From: Roseibacillus sp.
Lineage (GTDB): Bacteria; Verrucomicrobiota; Verrucomicrobiia; Verrucomicrobiales; Akkermansiaceae
Assembly: GCA_051251855.1 (NCBI GenBank)
Contig: JBPOGI010000005.1
Location: forward strand, 128,001-192,000
Reading direction: 5' to 3'
Length of the DNA: 64,000 nt
Below, one piece after another: positions 56,434-64,000 of this stretch. The stretch's first letter is position 1; each line of letters starts with the position of its first letter. The notes beneath the pieces are model-generated. The model worked only from the letters and a program-made list of their open reading frames with translations, was not told the DNA's origin and did no database searches. A program made the translations under genes and the position numbers.

Positions 56434-57867
56434 TTAGCGACCTGCGGCGAGGCGTTTGGCCATTTGAGGAAAGAGGATCCAGTGCGCGGGAAGGACCGAG
56501 AACCAGTAGAGTCTTCCGAGGAGGCCTTGGGGGCGAAAGGTGGCGGTTTGAGAGAGGGTTCCATCTTTCACTTGGAACTCGAGCCAAGCTTCGCCGGGGA
56601 GTTTCATTTCGGCATAGAGCATGAGGCGTCCGGCCTCTCGGTCGGCGACGAGAACGCGCCAGAAATCAAGGGCGTCGCCGGGTCGGAGCTCGGTTGGGTG
56701 GCGGCGTCCTCTGCGGAGGCCAATTCCACCCACAAGACGATCGACCCAGCCTCGGAAGCTCCAAGCCCAGTTCATGGAAGGCCAACCTTTTTCGCCTCCC
56801 AAGGCCCAGATAGCATCGAGGGTGGCTTCTTTTTCGGTAGTGAGAGGGGTCTCTTGGCTATCGTAGTAGATACCGTGCTCAGGGACTTTGATCGCCTTCA
56901 TGAAGCGGGGGTCCATTCGGTCGTCTAACAGGGCGTCGGTCCAGCTGGAGGGAACGCGGTTTTGAGCAATGCGAGAGAGGGCGCGTTCGACGGCGACTTG
57001 GTAGGTGCAGAGCTCATGTGGAATCAGTTTTCGGATCTCGTTTTCACGACAGATGGTCTCGTTCTTCATGGAGGTAACCAGCGCTTGCGCAAGGGAGAAG
57101 CGGGTGGAGGTCATGAGGTAAAGCCACCAGGAGGAGAGATTGGGACTGAAGTAGGGAACGGGGATGAAGTGTCGGGAGAGGCCGCGAACTTTGGCGTAAC
57201 CTGCCAATAGGTCGCGATAACGAAGGACTTCGGGGCCACCAATGTCGAAGACTTTGCTGCGGGTTGCAGGGGTGGAAAGGAGAGTGGTGAGATAGTGAAT
57301 GACATCGCGAATGGCAATGGGCTGGCAGCGGGTGTTGACCCAGCGAGGGCAAATCATGACGGGGAGCTTCTCCGCCAAGTCGCGCACGATCTCGAAGGAG
57401 GCAGAACCTGAACCGACGATGATGGAGGCGCGCAGGACGGTGAGGTCGGCTTTGCCTGCAGCGAGAATATCTTCGACGTTGCGGCGGGACTTGAGGTGTT
57501 TCGAGAGTTCGCTTTCGTCGTCGCCAAGGCCACCGAGATAGATGATGCGCTCGCAGTCTCCGGTTTGAAGCCAGTGAGAGAAGTTATGGGCGGTTTGTTC
57601 TTCGCGTGCAGTAAAGTCGCCGGATGAACCCATGGAGTGGATGAGGTAGTAGGCGGCATCGAGTTTGGGTGGGAGCGGGGGGAGGCTTTCGCTGTCGAGG
57701 AGGTCTCCTTCGATGACTTGGAGTCGGTCTCCGGCATCACCGAATTCTTCCGAGGGGAAACGCCGCTTGTCACGAACGAGGGCGGTGACGGTGTGTCCCG
57801 CCGCGAGGAGTTCGGGCAGGAGGCGCAGGCCAATGTAGCCGTTCGCGCCGGTGAGAAGGAGATTCAT
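56434..57867 (-). CDS. NAD(P)-binding atypical SDR with C-terminal DUF2867 (YbjT-like)
   Basis: TGANGYIG, YYLIHSM, GSGSASFE, GDALDFWRV, AEMKLPGEAWL. Confidence 0.9.
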   Translation of the reverse strand: MNLLLTGANGYIGLRLLPELLAAGHTVTALVRDKRRFPSEEFGDAGDRLQVIEGDLLDSESLPPLPPKLDAAYYLIHSMGSSGDFTAREEQTAHNFSHWLQTGDCERIIYLGGLGDDESELSKHLKSRRNVEDILAAGKADLTVLRASIIVGSGSASFEIVRDLAEKLPVMICPRWVNTRCQPIAIRDVIHYLTTLLSTPATRSKVFDIGGPEVLRYRDLLAGYAKVRGLSRHFIPVPYFSPNLSSWWLYLMTSTRFSLAQALVTSMKNETICRENEIRKLIPHELCTYQVAVERALSRIAQNRVPSSWTDALLDDRMDPRFMKAIKVPEHGIYYDSQETPLTTEKEATLDAIWALGGEKGWPSMNWAWSFRGWVDRLVGGIGLRRGRRHPTELRPGDALDFWRVLVADREAGRLMLYAEMKLPGEAWLEFQVKDGTLSQTATFRPQGLLGRLYWFSVLPAHWILFPQMAKRLAAGR

Positions 57868-57947
57868 GCGGTATCATCGTCCGTGAATCAGATTTGTCGA
57901 GGCGTCTCCGTATCGACAGCGGCTTGCTTCCGAGATAGGATGAAGCC

Positions 57948-59156
57948 TTGAGCGAACGAGGGAAAAAATTGGCCATCATTGGGGGAGGTCCAGCAGGTCT
58001 GCGCGCGGCGGAGGTTGCTTCTGCGGCGGGATTGTCGGTGACGCTCTATGAGGCGAAGCGGTCGGTGGGGCGGAAATTTTTGGTGGCGGGAAAAGGTGGT
58101 TTCAACATTACTCACGCGGAGGAACTGGAGACCTTTGTGACTCGGTATCGTGGACCGGAGCAACCGGAGGGGTTTTGGGAGCGAGTGGTAGGAAGTTTTG
58201 ATAATGAAAAAATTAGAGGCTGGGCAGCGCGTTTGGAGGTCGGCACTTTTGTGGCGAAGAGCGGGCGGGTTTATCCCAAGGCTTTGAAGGCGGCCCCTCT
58301 TTTGCGTGCTTGGATTAAGCGGTTGAAGGAGCAAGGGGTGACCTTTGCGGTGAAGCATCGTTTGGTGGGCTTGGAGCATGATGGGCGTTATCACTTGCGC
58401 TTCGAGCATGAGGATGGCGAGCAGATGGTGGAGGCTGATGCGGTGGTGCTGGCTTTGGGTGGGGGTTCGTGGCCTCAGACGGGATCGGATGGGGGCTGGG
58501 TGAATTTGTTAGCGGGTTTGGGGGTGGGGGTGAATCCTCTTACCTCGGCGAATTGTGGTTGGGAGGTTTCATGGCCTGAAGAGGTGTTGGCTTTGCATGA
58601 GGGGAGTGCGCTCAAGAATTTGGTTCTTCGGGTGGGCGAGGAAGAGGTGAAGGGGGAGTTAGTGATCACCAAGTATGGCTTGGAGGGCGGGCCCATTTAT
58701 CAGTTGGGACCAGCTTTGAAGGCGATGAAGGAGCCGTCTTTGTTGATTGATTTTAAGCCCACCTTTACGGAGGACAAGTTGGTGGCTAAGATGGAGTCGG
58801 CGCGGCGTGATTTTTTGGGCGAGGCTCGAGTGCGTTGGAAGTTGAGTGCGGAGGCATGCTCGATCTTGGATTGGCAGTATGGGCCATTCGAATCGGCAGT
58901 GGATTTGGCAAAGGTGACGAAAGGGTGTTGCCTTCCGGTGAGTCAGCCGCGGCCGATTGCAGAGGCGATTTCGTCTGCGGGCGGGGTACGATGGGATGCG
59001 CTCGATGAGAGTCTGATGGTGAGGAGTCTCCCCGGTCTCTTTGTTGCGGGAGAGATGATCGATTGGGAAGCCCCTACGGGGGGGTATTTGATGCAGGGGT
59101 GTTTCGCGACAGGGACTTTGGTGGGGGAAGCGGTGATTGGTTTTTTGGGTTCATAA
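57948..59156 (+). CDS. HI0933/BaiN-like flavoprotein
   Basis: IIGGGPAGL, GRKFLVAGKGG, ALGGGSWP, GEMIDWEAPTGGYL. Confidence 0.9.
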   Translation: MSERGKKLAIIGGGPAGLRAAEVASAAGLSVTLYEAKRSVGRKFLVAGKGGFNITHAEELETFVTRYRGPEQPEGFWERVVGSFDNEKIRGWAARLEVGTFVAKSGRVYPKALKAAPLLRAWIKRLKEQGVTFAVKHRLVGLEHDGRYHLRFEHEDGEQMVEADAVVLALGGGSWPQTGSDGGWVNLLAGLGVGVNPLTSANCGWEVSWPEEVLALHEGSALKNLVLRVGEEEVKGELVITKYGLEGGPIYQLGPALKAMKEPSLLIDFKPTFTEDKLVAKMESARRDFLGEARVRWKLSAEACSILDWQYGPFESAVDLAKVTKGCCLPVSQPRPIAEAISSAGGVRWDALDESLMVRSLPGLFVAGEMIDWEAPTGGYLMQGCFATGTLVGEAVIGFLGS

Positions 59157-59347
59157 TTCAGCTTCTTCGGGGTGTTGTTTTTCCAAGAACGAGCCTTTCG
59201 AGCTTCGAAAGGCCCTAAAAGCAGCGTGCTTCGGCAGAAATCAGCTTTCATGAGAGGAGGGTCGGCAGAAGAAATGACGGTGGTGGGGCTTTTTGCGGGA
59301 TTGGAAAGCACGCATTTTAGCGTCGGTGTCGCTGATGCCTTAGACTT

Positions 59348-60148
59348 ATGGAAATTTGGGAAGCTATCGTGGTGGGTATCGTGCAGGGGTTGGCGGAGTT
59401 TTTGCCGATCTCGTCGTCAGGGCATATCGTTCTTACGCAGTTTTTGTTAGGTGTTGAATCAGATGGAATTCTTTTCGAGGTGGTTCTTCATGTAGGGACG
59501 CTCTTGAGTGTCTTGGTTTATTTTCGCAAAAAGCTCTGGGCCCTGACTCGTTCGCTTTGGACCAAAGAGATGGAGGATGAGCGAAAGTGGATTTTCTATC
59601 TCTTTCTGGCGACACTGCCGGCAGTGATTTTGGTGCTGACTCCACTGGGAGATCTTTTTGAATCTGCTTACGAAAATCCGGTGCTGGTGAGCGGCTTGCT
59701 TTTGGTGACGGGTTCTCTTTTGTTGGCTCCCAAGGTGATTAAGGCTAAGAGTAAGGAGCTTTCTTGGAAGACAGCGCTCTTTATGGGCGTGGGTCAGGCC
59801 TTTGCGATTTTGCCGGGGATTTCGCGTAGTGGTTCGTCGATTACGGCGGGTCTCCTGAGTGGAGTGAAGCCGGAGAAGGCGGCTGAGTTTGCTTTCTTGA
59901 TGTCGATTCCAGCGATTGCGGGTGCGGTGGTGAAGGAGAAGGATTCCTTCGCCGAGCTCTCCAATGATTTGGTGTTGCCCTATACTCTGGGTGCGCTGGC
60001 GGCCTTTTTGAGTGGCCTTTTTGCTGTTTATCTCGTGCTGGCGGCTATTCGTCGCGGGAAGTTCGCTTACTTTGCTTACTACTGTTTCGCGGCGGGTATT
60101 TTGGGAATGATTTGGTTCGGGTTCGTGAACACTGGTTGGAAAGTTTGA
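59348..60148 (+). CDS. uppP: Undecaprenyl-diphosphate phosphatase
   Basis: QGLAEFLPISSSGH, PGISRSG. Confidence 0.95.
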   Translation: MEIWEAIVVGIVQGLAEFLPISSSGHIVLTQFLLGVESDGILFEVVLHVGTLLSVLVYFRKKLWALTRSLWTKEMEDERKWIFYLFLATLPAVILVLTPLGDLFESAYENPVLVSGLLLVTGSLLLAPKVIKAKSKELSWKTALFMGVGQAFAILPGISRSGSSITAGLLSGVKPEKAAEFAFLMSIPAIAGAVVKEKDSFAELSNDLVLPYTLGALAAFLSGLFAVYLVLAAIRRGKFAYFAYYCFAAGILGMIWFGFVNTGWKV

Positions 60149-60149
60149 T

Positions 60150-60842
60150 ATGAGAAATAAGAAAAGTCTCGGTAGGATTATCATCGGGTTGCTGGTGGCA
60201 GCGGTCGTCTGGTTTTTGCAGGAGAAAGGTCTTCTTGAGAAAGACGGCGGCGGAGGTTCGGGAGCAAGGGTGCCCGTTGGTGATGTTTCAACGGAGAGTT
60301 TTTCGAAGGTTGAGACGCAGGTCGAAGATTGGACACACTTGAAAAATTGTCGCTTGGTCACGGGTCGCAATAGCGATGGCGACAGCTTCCATGTGAAGCA
60401 CGAGAAGGGGGAGACTGAGTTTCGCCTCTACTTTGTCGATACTCCCGAGAGTCAATATAAGACCTATGGCGGAGGAGAGAGCAATGGTAAGCGGATTGCT
60501 GAGCAGGGGGACTACTTTGGAGGGTTGGGTCAAGACGAGACGACCACGGTGGGGAAAGCGGGGAAGAACCTCGTGAAGAAGCTTTTGTCGAAAAACGACT
60601 TTCAGGTTTTGACCAAGTGGGAGGATGTCTATGGCCCAGACCGCAAGTATTGTCTGGTGGTGGTGCCTTGGGAGGGGAAAGAGGTTTATTTGCACGAACT
60701 TTTGGTGGGGAGCGGTCTGGCACGGATTCACACGCGTGGGGCTGATTTACCCAAAGGCCGTGGTTATCGTGACCAAAAGACCTATTTGAAGGCGATGGAG
60801 CAGGCGGCCCGAGAGAAAAAGGTTGGTGCTTGGGGTCTTTAG
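60150..60842 (+). CDS. Thermonuclease (SNase-like) family protein
   Basis: DGDSF...RLYFVDTPES...LVGSGLAR...AREKKVGAW. Confidence 0.85.
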   Translation: MRNKKSLGRIIIGLLVAAVVWFLQEKGLLEKDGGGGSGARVPVGDVSTESFSKVETQVEDWTHLKNCRLVTGRNSDGDSFHVKHEKGETEFRLYFVDTPESQYKTYGGGESNGKRIAEQGDYFGGLGQDETTTVGKAGKNLVKKLLSKNDFQVLTKWEDVYGPDRKYCLVVVPWEGKEVYLHELLVGSGLARIHTRGADLPKGRGYRDQKTYLKAMEQAAREKKVGAWGL

Positions 60843-60857
60843 AATCTAATCAGCGCC

Positions 60858-61622
60858 ATGCTTGCCAAACGAATCATCCCTTGTCTCGACGTTACCAATG
60901 GTCGGGTGGTGAAGGGCGTTAACTTTGTGGACCTGATTGATGCCGGTGATCCGGTGGAGTCGGCTGTGGCTTATAACGAGCAGGAGGCGGATGAGATTGT
61001 CTTCCTTGATATCACGGCCTCATCTGATGGTCGGGCGACGATGGTGGATGTCGTTGAGCGCACGGCCGAGCGTTGCTTCGTACCTTTGACGGTGGGGGGC
61101 GGGATTCGTGAAGTGGAGGATATGCGTATCATGCTAGGAGCGGGTGCCGACAAGGTCGGGATTAACACTGCAGCGATTCATCGGCCTCAAGTGATTGATG
61201 AGGGGTCCAGTACTTTCGGAAATCAGGCGATTGTAGTGGCTATCGACGCCAAGCAGCAAGGGCCGGGCAAGTGGGGAGTCTACACGCATGGGGGGCGTAA
61301 CCCGGTCGAAGGCCTCGATGCCATCGAGTGGGCCAAGGAGGTGGCAGACCGAGGCGCTGGCGAGATTTTACTTACAAGCATGGATGCCGATGGTACGAAA
61401 AACGGCTATGATATCGAGCTGACGGCCGCAGTGAGTGATGCGGTTGGGGTGCCGGTCATCGCCAGTGGAGGAGCAGGAAATCTCGACCATTTAGTCGATG
61501 TTCTCAAAGAGGGACGAGCAGATGCTGTTTTGGCTGCGAGTATTTTTCATTTTGGTGATTATACGGTGGCTCAGGCTAAAAACCGGCTGAGAAAGGCAGG
61601 GTTGCCATCACGTCTAACTTAA
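60858..61622 (+). CDS. hisF: Imidazole glycerol phosphate synthase subunit HisF
   Basis: [39 protein letters not shown]. Confidence 0.98.
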   Translation: MLAKRIIPCLDVTNGRVVKGVNFVDLIDAGDPVESAVAYNEQEADEIVFLDITASSDGRATMVDVVERTAERCFVPLTVGGGIREVEDMRIMLGAGADKVGINTAAIHRPQVIDEGSSTFGNQAIVVAIDAKQQGPGKWGVYTHGGRNPVEGLDAIEWAKEVADRGAGEILLTSMDADGTKNGYDIELTAAVSDAVGVPVIASGGAGNLDHLVDVLKEGRADAVLAASIFHFGDYTVAQAKNRLRKAGLPSRLT

Positions 61623-61690
61623 AAGTCAATATTTACTTACTTTAAAGAATACGTGATTACCTGATAAAATGATTGAAATTTGGCTCAAGT

Positions 61691-61706
61691 TGGCAGACGA
61701 TATGCT
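61691..61706 (+). promoter_or_regulatory. Candidate sigma54 (-24/-12) promoter
   Basis: TGGCAGACGATATGCT = GG-N10-GC, preceded by an AT-rich tract. Confidence 0.55.
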
Positions 61707-61790
61707 TGTGACTTAAATGACGAGCGGTTATTAAACCGCTGTTCACCGCGCCCCGGGGGGGAGTGGGAAGTCAAAATAACCAGACAGACT

Positions 61791-62483
61791 ATGAAAAAAA
61801 CAATCGCGCTTAGCGCAATCAGTGCAATGGCCCTCACTGGGTTTGCTTATTCGGAAATCGAAAGCTCCTTCAACGTGGGCTACAACTCCACCTACGTATG
61901 GCGTGGACAAGACCTCGGTGACAGCATGTATCAGTACGGTCTCGACTTCGGCGGTTCTTGCGACTGCGGACTCGATTGGAGTGCTGGTATCTGGTACGCG
62001 AACCCTTCTGATGCTGCGCTCAATGACGAACTCGACATCTATGGTGAGATTTCTAAGGACCTTGGAGTTGGAACTGTTGCTCTCGGATTTATCCATTATG
62101 AGTTCGACGAAAACGGAGCGGACAACACTGAAGCTTATGTGAGCCTTAGCACCAGCTATGCTGGCCTTGAGTTGGGAGCTACTTACTACCAAGTGATCGA
62201 CGGTAATATCGGAAACCCTTCTTGGGCTGAGCTCAGCGCTTCTTACGGGTTTGAAATCTCTGACAAGCTTTCTGCTTCTCTCGGATTGGGCCTCGGATCG
62301 ACTGTTGATACCGACGGTGGAGACAGCTACGTGAACTACAATGCTTCTTTAAGCTTCGACTACGCTGTGAGCGAGGACATCTCTTTCTCTCCTTACATCG
62401 CATACAACAGTGCTTCAGGTCTCGATGCACTCACTGACTTTGACGGTCTCTACGGCGGTGCTGTTGTGACCTTCAGCTTCTAA
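61791..62483 (+). CDS. Outer-membrane beta-barrel protein (TIGR02001/Gcw_chp-like)
   Basis: Signal peptide, STYVWRG, ELDIY, alternating beta strands, C-terminal Phe. Confidence 0.8.
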   Translation: MKKTIALSAISAMALTGFAYSEIESSFNVGYNSTYVWRGQDLGDSMYQYGLDFGGSCDCGLDWSAGIWYANPSDAALNDELDIYGEISKDLGVGTVALGFIHYEFDENGADNTEAYVSLSTSYAGLELGATYYQVIDGNIGNPSWAELSASYGFEISDKLSASLGLGLGSTVDTDGGDSYVNYNASLSFDYAVSEDISFSPYIAYNSASGLDALTDFDGLYGGAVVTFSF

Positions 62484-62506
62484 GCGAATCACTTAATCTG
62501 ATTTTG

Positions 62507-62540
62507 AAGAGCGGCTCCGAGTGATCGGGGCCGCTTTTTT
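62507..62540. terminator. Rho-independent terminator
   Basis: AAGAGCGGCTCCGA-GTGA-TCGGGGCCGCTTTTTT. Confidence 0.85.
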
Positions 62541-62553
62541 GTGCCTTGCCGTC

Positions 62554-62826
62554 TTAGTCTCGTTTTACTAAGCGAATGGCGATGGCGTGGCTGGCGAGAG
62601 GAGCGGTGACGAAGATGAGAAGTAGGGTAACGAGGCCGAGAAAGATGACAAAAGGTTCAGGAAAGCGAATCATGGCACCGGTCATCATCAGAACGACACC
62701 AAGGGAGGAGGCTTTCGTTGCGGCATGAAGCCGAGCCAGGGCGTCGGGCATCCGAAACAGTCCAAGGGATGCTATGATGAAGCAAAGGCTTCCTAGTAGA
62801 ATCAGGAGTTCAGCAAGGAGGATCAT
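62554..62826 (-). CDS. mrpG: Mrp/Mnh Na+/H+ antiporter subunit G
   Basis: GLFRMPD...RLHAATK..LG...TAP.ASH. Confidence 0.92.
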   Translation of the reverse strand: MILLAELLILLGSLCFIIASLGLFRMPDALARLHAATKASSLGVVLMMTGAMIRFPEPFVIFLGLVTLLLIFVTAPLASHAIAIRLVKRD

Positions 62827-63080
62827 GAGGAGGCAATTTTGGTTTTAAAGAGGCGGGAGAGGATCAGGGTAGAGATGAACCCTAACAGAGAAAGAACGAA
62901 GGCAAATTGAAGAGGGAGAGCATTCCGGTCGTGGAAGGCCAACACAATACTGAGGGCAATGAGTTCAAAGCTGAGAACATCAATCGCGATGACCTTGTCG
63001 ACTTCCGTGCGAGCGGTGAGGATGCGAAGGAGGGTCATCACGAGAGAGATGATGAGAAGAGTGGAAGCGATTGCTAGCAT
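62823..63080 (-). CDS. mrpF: Mrp/Mnh Na+/H+ antiporter subunit F
   Basis: R...DKVIAID...LLGFIST; operon position. Confidence 0.88.
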   Translation of the reverse strand: MLAIASTLLIISLVMTLLRILTARTEVDKVIAIDVLSFELIALSIVLAFHDRNALPLQFAFVLSLLGFISTLILSRLFKTKIASS

Positions 63081-63097
63081 ACGAGTAGGGTGAGATT

Positions 63098-63418
63098 CTA
63101 AATTGGGAGGCGAGCGACTAGTTTTTCATAGCGCTCTTTGATTTCCGTCAGGGTGCCCTCGGGGTCGTCGCCACCGTAGAGCGAGTGCACGAGAATGGTG
63201 CGTCCCTCGTCGACCTCATCGACTGCGAGGGTGCCGGGGGTCATTGTGATCAGGCTGGCAAGCAGAAGGCGCTTGCGGGGAGAATCAAGATCGATCGGGA
63301 CTCGTAAGAGAACAGGATTGATACGAGAGCGAGGAGTGAGCACGTCGTAGCCCACGTAGAGCGCGCCGGCGACGATTTCCTTGAGGTAGTAAAAGGGGAA
63401 GATGAGTAGAGCGATCAT
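63098..63418 (-). CDS. mrpE: Mrp/Mnh Na+/H+ antiporter subunit E
   Basis: LITMTPGT...VH motif. Confidence 0.9.
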   Translation of the reverse strand: MIALLIFPFYYLKEIVAGALYVGYDVLTPRSRINPVLLRVPIDLDSPRKRLLLASLITMTPGTLAVDEVDEGRTILVHSLYGGDDPEGTLTEIKERYEKLVARLPI

Positions 63419-64000
63419 GGAGAGATGGTAGAGCTGGAAGGCGTTCCTAGCACGGCGTCGAGATAAGCCTGGGGTTCGAGGAGAGACTGGGCGGCTGTAT
63501 GAGCGAGTTCAAAGACGGGACCGGCAGCGACTCCGATAGAGATGGTGACCACTGCGAGGGCTCCGGAAGTGAGAATAAGAACGAGAGGGGCTGGCTTGCG
63601 CACTTCGGAGGCGCCTTCCTCGGCTTCCCCCCAAAAGAGGTTTCGCCAAATCTTCAGCATCGAGAAAATGGTGAGAATTCCAACTAAAGCGACAAAGAGA
63701 GCGGCGAGCCAATCGCTATTGGCAAGAGTTGCCTTTAAGAGACTGAATTTCGCAAAGAATCCTGAGAGGGGAGGAAGGCCTGCTAAGGAGAGAGCAGGCA
63801 CTGCAAAAAGAAGAGCGATAATGGGTGATGAGCGGGCCACTCCGCGAATGGTCTCGAGGTTGGACGAGCCGGCGTGGTGCTCGACGAGAGCAGTCACGAA
63901 GAAGAGATTCGCCTTCACCACGATATGGTGGACGAGGTAGTAGATTCCGGCAGCGATGGCGAGGGGGGTGTAGATCGCAAGGGCGAGAGCCATATAGCCG
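63415..64000 (-). CDS. mrpD: Mrp/Mnh Na+/H+ antiporter subunit D (5' part outside window)
   Basis: HHIVVKANLF, LSLAGLPPLSGFFAKF. Confidence 0.9.
   Translation of the reverse strand, partial: GYMALALAIYTPLAIAAGIYYLVHHIVVKANLFFVTALVEHHAGSSNLETIRGVARSSPIIALLFAVPALSLAGLPPLSGFFAKFSLLKATLANSDWLAALFVALVGILTIFSMLKIWRNLFWGEAEEGASEVRKPAPLVLILTSGALAVVTISIGVAAGPVFELAHTAAQSLLEPQAYLDAVLGTPSSSTISP

Noticed and set aside
59157..59347. Small gene between the flavoprotein and uppP
   Set aside because: No frame gives a convincing product, RBS or codon bias.
61735..61790. Glutamine (glnA) riboswitch
   Set aside because: GTTCACC...GGAAGT is reminiscent, but the closing 3' elements are missing.

Overview
Bacterial chromosomal window of about 57 genes, most likely Verrucomicrobiota (Verrucomicrobiales-like). 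That assignment is inferred from PEP-CTERM proteins, DUF1080, a large ECF-sigma fusion, fused ccoNO and a Chlamydia-type ribonucleotide reductase. The + strand is strongly G-rich, which creates many spurious antisense ORFs in the ORF track. The left end is a small defence-type block: Abi/HEPN gene, 55-aa ORF, DUF2971 gene and a Dam-family methylase that runs off the edge and is missing from the ORF track. Next is an nrdB-nrdA operon (Tyr-less class Ic-like R2, three ATP cones, NrdR boxes) interrupted by a four-helix-bundle gene flanked by heptamer-repeat arrays. A cbb3 oxidase system is split into two clusters (ccoS-NO-Q-P and ccoG-H-dsbD2-I). The rest is housekeeping and envelope genes (gdhA, ftsY, FKBP, tadA, uppP, hisF, two tandem PBP2 paralogues, mrpD-G) plus a voltage-gated Na channel. 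Best candidates for novelty: (1) a compact major-vault-protein-like SPFH gene translationally coupled to an ADP-ribosylglycohydrolase, behind a promoter with two NrtR-type operators; (2) the four-helix-bundle cassette, whose flanking arrays could loop the gene out of the nrd mRNA; (3) a ~45-bp motif with 21-bp-spaced half-sites before four cbb3-linked transcription units, near a Cys-rich PocR-AraC regulator; (4) a structured RNA candidate inside the 5' end of the Abi gene. No tRNA, rRNA, CRISPR array, integrase or transposase was recognised. All family calls come from manual motif recognition, not database searches.
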